NCBI GenBank assembly: GCA_964016885.1
Contig: OZ024742.1
Coordinates: 4,340,001-4,404,000, forward strand
DNA length: 64,000 bases
DNA from: Eledone cirrhosa
Lineage: Eukaryota
Direction of reading: 5' to 3'
Shown here piece after piece: positions 1 to 11,007 of this stretch (position 1 is its first letter; the number at the start of each line of letters is the position of its first letter). A model generated the notes under the pieces. That model was not told where the DNA came from. It made no database searches and was given only the letters and a program-made list of their open reading frames with translations. The translations under genes and the position numbers were made by a program.

Positions 1-319
1 CTATGGCAGAATTAAAGAAGAAATTCCAGACATGGTAGCTAAGCCAAGGGTGAAAAGGTCTCGAAAACAACCTAGAAAAGATCTAAGTCTTAGTAAGTTA
101 AAGGAAGCCTTGGAAGTGGAGGCCCTAGGAAATCTTGGGCTGATATGGAGAAGGCCGTCTTCATGCAGCGGAACATCAAAAAGGGCATGAATCAAAATCG
201 AGAAAATTGCCTATATTCCATAATACGGGGGAGTCTCACGCAAACAGGAGCAGCACAAGCGGGGTGGCTAAACTATCCACCCGAAAAAACAGAGGGATGG
301 AAGAACTCTCAGGGCCTTA

Positions 320-433
320 GTTTCGACGGGTATTTCTGGACTCCAGAACCTCCTATTACGCACTCAACTACCCAAAGTATTGAGTACTCTGGTGCGTTAT
401 CGTCCACCTGGTTCCTTACCACACTTCCTTCGT

Positions 434-435
<2 letters not shown>
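320..435 (+). mobile_element. Family-A short (TA)n-inserted retroelement remnant, copy 1
   Basis: CCTATTACGCACTCAACTACCC...GAGTACTCTGGTGCGTTAT...CCTTACCACACTTCCTTCGTTA followed by (TA)n; shared with 2031-2186, 3020-3238 and 10826-11010. Confidence 0.7.
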
Positions 436-1061
<626 letters not shown>

Positions 1062-1271
1062 CGTATCGAGAGAGAGAAAAAAAAGGGGAGGATAAGTGAT
1101 ACATGTAGTTATTTGCCAAATACCGTATGCAGAAGGTGTTCAATACTAATGCCGGCAGTATTAAATATTAGAAGTGTTAATATTTAGTGGGCGAGAGAGT
1201 TAGCAGAGCGTAAGCACGTGGAAAAGTAAGAAATCGGAGAACAGACCGTTAAAACATGTTTATTTAAAACA

Positions 1272-1311
1272 GCCCCTAAGTACGTTTCGCCCAGTTGGGC
1301 TTCTCAAGGGC
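1272..1311 (-). ncRNA. Minimal type I hammerhead ribozyme motif (U3:A8 variant)
   Basis: GCCC-TTGAGAA-GCCC(AACT)GGGC-GAAA-CGTACT-TA-GGGGC; stem II is perfect and the stem III palindrome has one mutation. Confidence 0.7.
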
Positions 1312-1517
1312 ATAATTAACCAAAAGTGTTCCTTACATTGCCCGGAAAGTGTCTTTGGGGTTAAGTTCACGTCATAGTTCATTTTTCGCAAAAAGACATC
1401 CCTTGACCTACTGCAAAATGAAAAAAACGCTTATTTTGCGAAGAATGAACTATGACGTGAACTTAACCCCAAAGACACACTTTCCGGGCAATGTAAGGAA
1501 CACTTTTTGTTATATAT

Positions 1518-1557
1518 GCCCTTGAGAAACCCAACCAGGCGAAACGTACGTAGGTGC
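1518..1557 (+). ncRNA. Minimal type I hammerhead motif (U3:A8), mirror copy with damaged stem II
   Basis: GCCC-TTGAGAA-ACCCAACCAGGC-GAAA-CGTACG-TA-GGTGC with palindromic ACGTACGT in stem III; AATAAA at 1565-1570. Confidence 0.6.
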
Positions 1558-1588
1558 TGATTTAAATAAACATGTATTACTTTCCCAC

Positions 1589-1620
<32 letters not shown>

Positions 1621-1625
<5 letters not shown>

Positions 1626-1880
1626 TGTATGTATAGTATGTTTGGCAATATACTGTATATTTAATTAAAAAACATTTTAAAGACCATTCACTATGAGTTT
1701 TAAAGTAGTGACTATGTCACTTATTCTCGGTAAAAACAACAGAGAGCGGCCGACAGACTGTTTCTCAATTGTGAGCGTTTATCAAGACCACACACTCAGT
1801 TGCCTATGCCAAGAAGAATTATAGAGGCTGCATTCTTATAGAATGATAAAACAGAGTGATTGCCGGTCAAGACATACATT
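1621..1880 (-). mobile_element. Diverged Penelope-like 3' remnant related to 3376-3690, with a degenerate hammerhead at 1791-1746
   Basis: 1621-1720 is reverse-complement similar to 3590-3690. Minus strand reads GTGGTC-TTGATAA-...-GAAA-CAGTCTG-TC-GGCCGC, with stems I and III pairing and a weak stem II. Confidence 0.6.
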
Positions 1881-1890
1881 ATATATATAA

Positions 1891-2006
1891 TTAGGGTAAT
1901 AGAATGGGTAATACGAAAAGAGTTTGCTAGATCTGAACTAAGTTAGTTCGGACCTAGCTATCGAAATGGCCGGAGCTCAGCCGTCGGGGTCCTGACTCTT
2001 TTCCTA
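1891..2006 (-). mobile_element. Family-A partial copy with an internal hairpin
   Basis: TTAGGGTAATAGAATGGGTAATA and GAGCTCAGCCGTCGGGGTC are shared with the other copies; hairpin at 1926-1958; flanked by TA runs. Confidence 0.6.
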
Positions 2007-2030
2007 TATATATATATATATATATATATA

Positions 2031-2182
2031 TAACAAAGGAAATGTGGTAAGGAACCAGGTAGACCATAACGCACTAAAGTACTCAATACTTAGGGTAGTA
2101 GAGTGGGTAATAGGAACGAGTAGGACCCCGACGGCTGAGCTCAAGCCCTTTCGACGGCTAATCCGTCGCGGTCCTACTAGTT

Positions 2183-2186
<4 letters not shown>
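2031..2186 (-). mobile_element. Family-A copy with terminal fold-back (2111-2134 / 2163-2186)
   Basis: Reverse complement of the 352-435 core plus an inverted arm; (TA)n on both sides. Confidence 0.75.
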
Positions 2187-2248
<62 letters not shown>

Positions 2249-2970
2249 TAACAGATTAAAGTTTAAGCAAATAATCGCTGCTTTCACCCTTAACGGGATC
2301 TTCTGAAACTAACAAAGTCAATCTGTAGACGCAGAAGTGGATATTTCAAAAAACGTTGCAATTCTTCTCCACGCTCCACATATGACGTATTATCTTCGTT
2401 TTTTCCGTTCATTGCCAGAGAACGTCTCTATGAACCACCTAAGAAAACATTAGTCTACGACTTCTTTTATACCATAAACGTGTGAAAAATGTTTATAAAT
2501 GAATTAATAAAACATAAATGAACTCCAACCAAAATTAAATAGAAAACATGAATGGAACAGCAACATCACAACTTACAATTAAGGACAAAATGAAAACACA
2601 CACGCACATAGAACAAACAACCAACCAGTAACATGTAAATAAACAAATAAATAAACAAATATAAACACACACAGACACCCGGATGTAACACATGCGCAAA
2701 CTAAGCACACAACACACCCAAAAACAAGATGGCGTAGGACAGAACAAAGGAGAGGCACAAAAACAGAGAAAAGAATCCCCAGTCACTGAAGAGTTCACAG
2801 AATGTGTGACGAAAGAACTTTGACAATATATAAACAATCATCTGGTTGTGGAACCAACCAACCAACCGGAAATATATAAATTCCTAAATTTATAAATTTA
2901 TTATAATAAATTGAAGTGAAAGCAACTGGTGCGTGTGTTTCTTATTAGCAACATGACCCTCCCAAAGTAT

Positions 2971-3019
<49 letters not shown>

Positions 3020-3022
<3 letters not shown>

Positions 3023-3233
3023 CAAAGGAATTGTGGTAAGGAACCAGATTGACCATAACGCACCAGAGTACTCAATACTTAGGGTAGTAGAGTGGGAAAT
3101 AGGAATAAGTATGACCCCGACAGCAGAGCTCAAGCCGTTTCGACGGCTATTTCTGGACTAAATTAGTATTCTAATTTTGTCCAGAAATAGCCGTCGAAAC
3201 GGCTTGAGCTCTGCCGTCGGGGTCATACTTGTT

Positions 3234-3238
<5 letters not shown>
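3020..3238 (-). mobile_element. Family-A copy with 67-bp fold-back arms (3100-3166 / 3171-3237, loop TATT)
   Basis: Near-perfect inverted repeat with about 3 mismatches plus the family tail; (TA)n on both sides. Confidence 0.8.
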
Positions 3239-3298
<60 letters not shown>

Positions 3299-3300
<2 letters not shown>

Positions 3301-3682
3301 CGTGAGGTCTTCGAAATGCTGTTAATTAAGCATACAGTATATTGCAAAATACACTATATATACATTCATATATATATCGCTTTTTCAGAGCACCAATTCT
3401 AATTTTCAATTTTTGCTGGACCGGCAACCGCTCTGTATAATCAGTTCCTGATTATTACTGGAATTTAATAAGAATCCAACATTCATAATTTTAAGCAAAC
3501 AGGGGGCGTGGTAGGCTTTGATAAGTACCAACAATACGAAACAGAGCACTGTCAGATTTATCTCTCCTCTTTGCTGAAAATTGAATTTAGTGACATAGTC
3601 ACTACTCTAAAACAATAGCATAAGGTTTTTGAAATGCTTTTAATTAAGCATACTGTGTATTGCAAAATACTCTATATATACA

Positions 3683-3690
<8 letters not shown>
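3299..3690 (+). mobile_element. Penelope-like 3' remnant preceded by a direct repeat of its own 3' end (3299-3372 similar to 3617-3690; pLTR-like partial tandem)
   Basis: GAAATGC..TTAATTAAGCATAC..ATTGCAAAATAC.CTATATATACATTCATATA occurs twice in direct orientation; hammerhead motif inside; TA flanks. Confidence 0.7.
3510..3562 (+). ncRNA. Type I hammerhead ribozyme motif (U3:A8 variant)
   Basis: GGTAGGCT-TTGATAA(3518-3524)-GTA(CCAACAA)TAC-GAAA-CAG(AGCA)CTG-TC-AGATTTATC. Predicted GUC cleavage after 3553; stem I needs one bulge. Confidence 0.72.
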
Positions 3691-3731
<41 letters not shown>

Positions 3732-3844
3732 GTGAGGTTTTTTTTACAAAATGAAAAATAACCGAGGTGTCCTACACGAGTGGAAGTATAAAGAAAAAGG
3801 GATGAAATCGAAAATGCAACTGAAGTCTTATTTTTTTTAAAAAT

Positions 3845-4400
3845 ATATATATTTATTTGGTTCCTTTACCGGTTTCGCAGTTCTTCTGCTTTTCAAAAGG
3901 TGAGTTGAGATGGAGGGTCTGTGGTTTTTCTCACATCTGGTTGGTCTCTAAATGTTACTTGTTTTATATGGAAAAACTAGCTCGAAAACCAGGTTTTTCG
4001 AGAAGTAATTTGATTGGTTTGTCAATAATTATAATAAATTTCGCGCCAGTTCGCGTTACAATAGTTCTTCAAATAAGAGAGGGGGGGGGGGTTTGTCACA
4101 GGTTGTTTTTTCATATATGAGTGTTTGAATTTCTTTTTACTTGAAAAAATGAGGCTCACGAAGGCTTTTTTTTGGTTGGTTATAAATGAAATTTGGCTGT
4201 CACGTGAACAAGTTTTCATTACATTTTTGCGCCCTTATTTGGAAAACTATTCTGTAGTCTTTATAGTGAATGTTATGACAATGGAGAGATAGTGGTCAAG
4301 GGAAAAGGGATTGGGAGAAATGTTCTGGTTTAGTGAATATGGCCAGCTGTCAGAGTTCAGGTGTCAGAGTTCAGATTTTCTATTGAGACTGAAGATATGT
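3845..4400 (-). mobile_element. Probable decayed Penelope-like element 3' region
   Basis: Ends in hammerhead + AATAAA + TA run. The upstream minus strand encodes SLNRKSEL (about 4392-4369), reminiscent of PLE endonuclease C-termini (weak). Boundaries approximate. Confidence 0.45.
3863..3900 (-). ncRNA. Intact minimal type I hammerhead ribozyme motif (U3:A8) with palindromic stem III
   Basis: CCTT-TTGAAAA-GCAG(AAGAA)CTGC-GAAA-CCGG-TA-AAGG followed by AATAAA. Stems I and II are perfect; predicted GUA cleavage between 3867 and 3866. Confidence 0.8.
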
Positions 4401-4415
4401 GTTTATTTGTGTGCT

Positions 4416-4448
<33 letters not shown>

Positions 4449-4742
4449 ATGTGTGTATTGGAAGATGATTCTATTAGTAGAGATGGGGGAGGGAGTTGTG
4501 TGTGTGTGTATATGGGTGTTATGTGTGTGTGTGCGAGTATGTTAGATAGAGAGAATATATATTTTTTGTGTGTGTGTATATATATATGTGTGTAGGAAAG
4601 TGGTTCTATTAGTAGAAATGGGGAGGGTGTTGTAGGTGTGGGGGTTTTTATGTGTGTGTATGGGTGTTATGTGTGTGGGAGTATGGTTAGCATGTTAAGA
4701 TGAAGAGAATATATATATATATATATATATTGTGTGTGTGTA

Positions 4743-4795
<53 letters not shown>

Positions 4796-4797
<2 letters not shown>

Positions 4798-4853
4798 GCG
4801 GTGCCCCAGCATGGCCTCAGCCGGATGGCTGAAACAGGTAAAAGAGTAAAAGA

Positions 4854-4855
<2 letters not shown>
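4796..4855 (+). mobile_element. 3' tail fragment of a cephalopod-type SINE
   Basis: GCGGTGCCCCAGCATGGCC...GCTGAAACAGGTAAAAGAGTAAAAGAG, ending in a short tandem tail; family recognised from memory only. Confidence 0.5.
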
Positions 4856-4891
<36 letters not shown>

Positions 4892-4930
4892 GATATTAAT
4901 AAATGGAAACTATATTTATAAAACCATATT

Positions 4931-4995
4931 TATTTCATTATACATATTTCAGGGATACCAAATTAAATTATGGTTTGCCTTCATCAGACAAAATA
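4931..4995 (-). ncRNA. Mirror copy of the same hammerhead, on the mGluR sense strand
   Basis: Exact reverse complement of 5144-5208. Confidence 0.8.
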
Positions 4996-5143
4996 CAATA
5001 TATAACAGTTTTACAAATAAGCTTTGACGTACCCTATTAAAATGCAACCATTGTTTTTGGAAGTCATCCGCATGACTTCCAAAAACAATGGTTGCATTTT
5101 AATAGGGTACGTCAAAGCTTATTTGTAAAACTGTTATATATTG

Positions 5144-5208
5144 TATTTTGTCTGATGAAGGCAAACCATAATTTAATTTGGTATCCCTGAAATATGTATA
5201 ATGAAATA
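5144..5208 (+). ncRNA. Type I hammerhead ribozyme motif with canonical CUGAUGA core
   Basis: TATTTTGT-CTGATGA(5152-5158)-AGG..ACCA..TGGT..CCT-GAAA(5189-5192)-TATGTA-TA-ATGAAATA. Stem I is 8 bp including 2 GU pairs; predicted cleavage after 5200; AATAAA at 5205-5210. Confidence 0.8.
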
Positions 5209-5336
5209 AATATGGTTTTATAAATATAGTTTCCATTTATTAATATCGTATATCTACTCCAAATACTTGTCGAGTGCTTTATATCAGTTATAAAAATATT
5301 TACTTTTTGTATCCCAACAATTTTAAATAGAACTTC

Positions 5337-5413
<77 letters not shown>

Positions 5414-5601
5414 TAATATATATATAAATTAATAAAAACAAAGAACAAGCTCCTTATATTAAAAAATTCATCATTTTTTTAGATCGTTTCTAGGATGTAT
5501 ATATGTATTGGTATGTATATCATATAGATCTATGCAAAAATATTACAAATTATCAGAGGAAATATACATACCTTCACATATACATGGTGTTTTCAGAAAT
5601 G

Positions 5602-5642
<41 letters not shown>

Positions 5643-5832
5643 GGAATAGAATAAAACGAAATTTCATTTCTCACTCTTAGTACGGCACTTACTTACATAC
5701 ATACTTACATTTATATATATTTTTTTTTTTTTTTAGGAACGATCGACTTTCGTCAAATCGGACCGAGGGAACAATGTTTCCGTTGGTCTTTCAAATTGCT
5801 AATACTATCTATCGGTCGCAACTCCAGGTAGA

Positions 5833-5941
5833 AGGAGCAACGTGAAATAAAGTGTCTTGCTCAAGGACATAACGCATCGCCTGGTCCAGGAATCGAACTC
5901 ACAACCTTACGATTGCGAATCCAATTCTCTAACCACTCAGC

Positions 5942-5947
<6 letters not shown>
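5833..5947 (-). mobile_element. tRNA-derived SINE, 5' part
   Basis: Minus strand has A-box-like TGGCTGAGTGG, B-box GTTCGATTCC, then the SINE central-domain motif GTCCTTGAGCAAGACACTT. Confidence 0.8.
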
Positions 5948-6025
<78 letters not shown>

Positions 6026-7835
6026 TGTGTGTGTGTGTAATATATATATACACATATATGTGTGCGTGTGTATGTGTGGGTGGGTGTGTGTGTAATTGTG
6101 CTCTATATTTAATTCAAATATATATACCGGAATTTAGTTTAATTCATTATCAACTAAATATCTTTTGTGATCACTGTTTGTGACAATATATTTTCCAACA
6201 CAACATTTATATATATATATGCATATGTGCATGTGTGCATGCGCGCGTCTATATAATTTTTATGCAACCTAATAAAGTTGTGTGTGCACATTTGGTGTTA
6301 TTGTATGTGATGGAAGTGTTTGTTTAAGTGTTTGAAAGGAACGAATTTAAATGAAACAGGTTTTACAAAAATTAAAACAATTTAAATTATTTTTTGGTGG
6401 TCCCTGCCGCCTGTGACACTTCACATAATATATAGCTTAGTCACTTTTTAAACAATTATATTTAACGTTTGCACAAAATATTGAAGACATAAATGGGTTT
6501 TGTTCATTGTAGCAGCCCTTTCCTGTGGATAATGGGACCTTAAGTCATATAAAACTTACAGGCCATTTGTTAAATAATTATACCAGAATGTGTCGCTTTT
6601 CTATATTTTCGTTTACCATGGAATGACTCTTCCAACGCATCTCCTTTACCATCCTCCGGGGAAACGCCTTCTCCATTCTGTCCTCCGGGGCTGTGGGCGG
6701 CCAGCATGTGGGACCCCATACAGAGAGATGGGGAGGGCGAGAGAGATGGAGACAATGACAGTGGGAGTTCGGCTCTTCCGTGTTCGGACACATTGCACCT
6801 GTCATGTAGATCATGTGATTTATGTACATGTTACACCATTTTAACTTATGTCCCAATGATTTTAATAGCAATAACTTGTTCAGCTTGTATCGAACTCTGT
6901 CACAGGTTTTAGAAAATGTACTACAGACTTCAAATATATACAGAAAAGAAAACTTTTAAATACTTTCAATATGTGAATATGTAACAGATGGAAATACAGA
7001 TAATACGTTATTGTCTCGTGTAGTTTTAATTACTGAAATTCTTGGAATGTATGTAAAGATGAAGGGAACGAGGTTGTGTTCATACATTTCCGCGTGTGTA
7101 CTTAACAGCGTGAGTGAATTGGTGTTAAGTGGAGTGGTTGAACATAGAATCGTCACTAGTTGGCAGACTCACTTTCACAAGAACTTTCCGGCCTCCCACT
7201 ACCCCACGCCACAATGATGGCTCTGGTCATACAATAAGACTTTACATATACAAGTTACAACAATTGTAACAGAGAGGCTGGGTGCGTGGGGTGATTTATG
7301 AAACAAAAACAAAAGTAGGCATGGAAAATAAAAGTATAGAAAATGTATGAAATGTTATATCCCAGTATGAAGACTGTCACAAAGAGGCAAACAACGTTCT
7401 TTACAGATCGATCCTTGGTTACTCTGGTTACCAAATGTAAATGCCCTTTCCTGCTGTGTTTCTCAGATAGATTCAGAAAGTAGAGACATTCCCGCCACAT
7501 ATTTTCGCTACTCTCATCCTACGCTTTTCAGCAAATTCACTGGAAAGCAGGACACCTCGCTCTCCGCCCTCGCCTTCATCTCCAATTGGAACTTGACGAA
7601 GTGGAGGAAGAAGAAATAATATAGATGATGATGGTGGCAATAATTATTTGTTTAATTACCACAAGGACCCAAGATGTTCCGAACAATACAGAAGTGAAAT
7701 GCATAACAAAACAACAGAGAAGACATAATGGAGTTGGTGTGTATATTGGGTAACCTGTGGTAGCAATGATAAGGACACATAGATAATTAGATTATAATAA
7801 TAAATAGTTATTGGTATTAGTAATGGTATTATTAT

Positions 7836-7851
7836 TAGTAGTATTAGTATC

Positions 7852-7908
<57 letters not shown>
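7836..7908. repeat. (AGT)n microsatellite 10 bp from the splice donor
   Basis: Directly visible. Confidence 0.95.
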
Positions 7909-7910
<2 letters not shown>

Positions 7911-7918
7911 ACACTAAC

Positions 7919-8405
7919 CTCTGATAAAGTCGACTGCTTGTTCAAGTCCGTAGATATCCCGGTCACAGTCATCTTTTGCAAGGACTCCCAACCTTATCCC
8001 TGGTAAGAAGTCAGGATCCTTATTTATTTGGTCTATGGTGTAAAGCATCACTTCCAGTGCTTGTATACCACCGTCCGGCATGATAGCTCCACAGATTTTA
8101 TCTTCGCTTCTCTCGTGAATCATATGTAAAGCTCCTATCACAATCTCGCCGTCAATTTTCGAGGCAAGTTGGCGATTAGGCCAAGTATAATTACCGTATT
8201 TACCTACCACGGTCTGGGGTTTCTCGCTAGCCATAGCACTTGGGACTTTCATATGCCCTAACCCTGCCTGAACTCTTGTGAAAGGCAGCAATATTTGACC
8301 GGCGGCACAGATCCAAGTAACAGTCACACTAACACTAATAAAAGTGTTGCAAAGTAGAAAGAAGGAAGGTGGAAAATATGAAAAATATCTTCTTTGTCCA
8401 ACCAT
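7919..8405 (-). CDS. mGluR: First coding exon of a metabotropic glutamate receptor-family class C GPCR (hydrophobic leader plus start of the Venus flytrap domain), mXR/class IV-like
   Basis: ATG at 8405-8403. Translation includes IDGEIVIGALHMIHER..CG..GGIQALEVMLYTIDQINKDPDFLPGIRLGVLAKDDCDRDIYGLEQAVDFIRG, the typical mGluR N-terminal motif series. The exon ends at a phase-1 donor AGAG|GTTAGT (intron starts at 7918). No downstream exon is recognisable in the window. Confidence 0.93.
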
Positions 8406-8508
8406 ATTGACTCGACCAAGGACTGTTGCAATAGCTACCTGTCCCCCGAAATGGCACCAAGAAAGAATTTCTTGGTTCTCAACTGTTAACAGGAAAGAAG
8501 AAAGAAAG
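8406..8508 (-). other. 5' UTR part of the exon (8482-8406) with an upstream splice acceptor, implying a non-coding upstream exon
   Basis: Minus strand reads CTTTCTTTCTTCTTTCCTGTTAACAG|TTGAG (AG at 8484-8483). No ATG lies between 8482 and the start codon. Confidence 0.55.
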
Positions 8509-8529
8509 TGGTGATGGTGTAGTAGGTAC

Positions 8530-8543
8530 GTGTGTGTATGTGA

Positions 8544-8601
<58 letters not shown>

Positions 8602-8906
8602 GTATCTGTGTAAATGTACCTACGTGTGCGTGTTTGTATTCCTGTGTTTTTGTGATGTGTGAGTGGGTGTATAAGTGTATATGTGCATGTGTGTCTGTGT
8701 GTGTGTTGTGTGTCTCAAATGCCGGTGTAGAAAATAAATGACGACGACTATCTTCAAAATTCCTTGGCAGCTCTTTCTCTCTCTCACTCATTCTCTCTCA
8801 CTCTCTTTCTCTCTCTCACTCTCTTTCACCCTCTCTCTCGCTCATTCTCTCTCACTCTCTTTCTCTCTATATATATTTCTATCTGTCTTTGAATCTCTCT
8901 CTTCCC

Positions 8907-8979
<73 letters not shown>

Positions 8980-9040
8980 GTTTCTATCAGCCTTTCAATC
9001 TCTCTCTCCCTCACCTTCTGTCTGCTACTCTCTCTCAATC
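8530..9040. repeat. (TG)n and (TC)n microsatellite blocks upstream of the exon
   Basis: Directly visible. Confidence 0.9.
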
Positions 9041-9394
9041 CCACCCTATTGTTGTCTATTACCGATTACAACCCCCTCCCCCCTCCCTCCGCTGTCACAG
9101 TGCCATAACAGCTCCAACAACACTGCAATTGGCTAAATCACTTATATTCCTTTTGCTCCTTTATATTTAGTTATTTATCTGCTCATATATTTATTTAGCC
9201 CTCTCTTCCTCTATATATCTATCTGTCTATCTATTTATATACGTAACTATCTATTCAATATATATATATATATATATACATATATATTTATAAGTAGAAG
9301 GGATATTTAATTTGTTGGAAATTCAACAAATATAAATGTTTATAACTGATTCAGATATTTATAAATATATACATATATTTATACATATATATAC

Positions 9395-9440
<46 letters not shown>

Positions 9441-10196
9441 ATTTATTTATTTATAAACATATATATATATATATTTTTATGTGTGTGTATGTATCTGTAT
9501 ATACATGTATATATGTGTGTGTGTATAATGTATATATTTCTGTTTATATTTATTCAATTATATATTCCATTATTTGATATGGATTTTATTGTTCTGTTTT
9601 CTTTGATGTTTTATCGATTTATAATTGTTAATATTGTCTTATTTTTTGTTTATTGTTTGTATTTTTTGTTTTTGGTGTGTTGTTGTTTTTTTTTGGGAGG
9701 TGGGGTGGCTTATTTTGTCATGTTTACCTCTATTAAATAAATACCCCAGCCCTTTCATCGATTCAAACACGCCACATTCCACCCCTCACAGCCCACAATT
9801 ATATCAAACCCCACCTATCATAATTACCTCAGCAACTCCACCATATCTCCCCACCGCCACCCCTTCACCTCTAACTTATCTCTCAACACCACATGACATC
9901 TCCTTCACCTTCTTTACATCACCTTCATCTCCACCACCCCATCATACAACCTCCCCTCGTCACCATCTCACCACTCCTTCCACCACCCCACTATATCACA
10001 TGCCCTCACTCCATCTTGCTCTCCAAAATATAGGGAAAACAAATATTGAGGAATTCAAGGAAACGGGATTAAAAGAATAGAATAGAATACAGGTTTGAAT
10101 TACCGAACAGGTGACTAAACCTGTTTAAACTTTGGTCTGTGTTTTATATATATATATATATATATAGTAATAATAATAAATTTGAAGACTAAAATC

Positions 10197-10272
<76 letters not shown>

Positions 10273-10368
10273 ATATTTATAAACAATGAAATATGAAAGA
10301 AGTTGAAAAATACTTTTTATTGTCAATCAAATGTGTATGATACACACAGACACACGGACACATATATG

Positions 10369-10406
<38 letters not shown>

Positions 10407-10793
10407 TGGCGAAGGGTAACCTGGAAAGCAGGGCATGCAGTCCAATCGCCATGGCGGAAAGTGGGGCTGTGCAGCCTCACCCCCATCCCCCATTTCCCTC
10501 TAAATGACCCTCTCGGTCAAAGCCGCATGTAGTGTTATCTAGTGTGTGTGTGTATGTGTGTGTTATCTTTTTATGTGTCTACGATTTAGTAAGCAGTCAA
10601 AATTCTGCTTGCCGCAAAGCTGTCGTGTGTTTGTGTGTATGTGTGATTGTGTATGTGTGTGTGTGTTATCTTTTTTGTGTCTATACGTTTTAGTAAGCAG
10701 CCAAAATTCTGCTTGCTTCAACCGACGCAATTGATCAACTCAAGATTCTATAACGCATGCACTGCATGCGTTGTATGCACGGACCCTTCACCC

Positions 10794-10825
<32 letters not shown>

Positions 10826-10829
<4 letters not shown>

Positions 10830-11007
10830 AAAATGTTCAAGACCCCGACGGCAGAGCTCAATCCGTTTCGACAGCTATTTCTGGTCGAAACGGCTTGAGC
10901 TCCGCCGTCGGGGTCATGAACATTTTCCTATTACCCACTCTACTACCCTAAGTGTTGAGTACTCTGGTGCGTTATGGTCCACCTGGTGCCTTACCACACT
11001 TCCTTCG

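Larger units (their letters stand above)
1218..1590. mobile_element. Fold-back Penelope-like remnant with about 140-bp inverted arms (about 1255-1393 and 1433-1575)
   Basis: The arms are reverse complements with scattered mismatches. Each arm carries a hammerhead motif followed by AATAAA; the right end runs into (TA)n. Confidence 0.75.
4886..5340. mobile_element. Perfect fold-back element: 182-bp arms (4886-5067 / 5072-5253), 4-nt loop CCGC, 87-bp unique tail, inside (TA)n
   Basis: The arms are exact reverse complements as read by eye; each contains a hammerhead motif. Confidence 0.88.

Noticed and set aside
1-320. ORFs 1-195 and 145-471
   Set aside because: No recognisable motifs; the longer ORF runs into a repeat, and the segment is truncated by the window edge.
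5465-5605. Possible additional hammerhead on the minus strand (ATCATTT-CTGAAAA ... GAAACGATCTA-AAAAAATGAT)
   Set aside because: C3:A8 mismatch, no credible stem II over about 100 nt and a broken stem III; too degenerate to call.
5850-5947. tRNA gene
   Set aside because: A and B boxes are present but there is no convincing cloverleaf, and the sequence continues into a SINE body.
6570-6912. ORFs that might be mGluR exon 2
   Set aside because: No frame resembles the expected continuation of the Venus flytrap domain.
10546-10720. Two copies of a roughly 55-bp sequence (GTTATCTTTTT..AGTAAGCAG.CAAAATTCTGCTTGC)
   Set aside because: Simple local duplication between TG tracts with no further structure.
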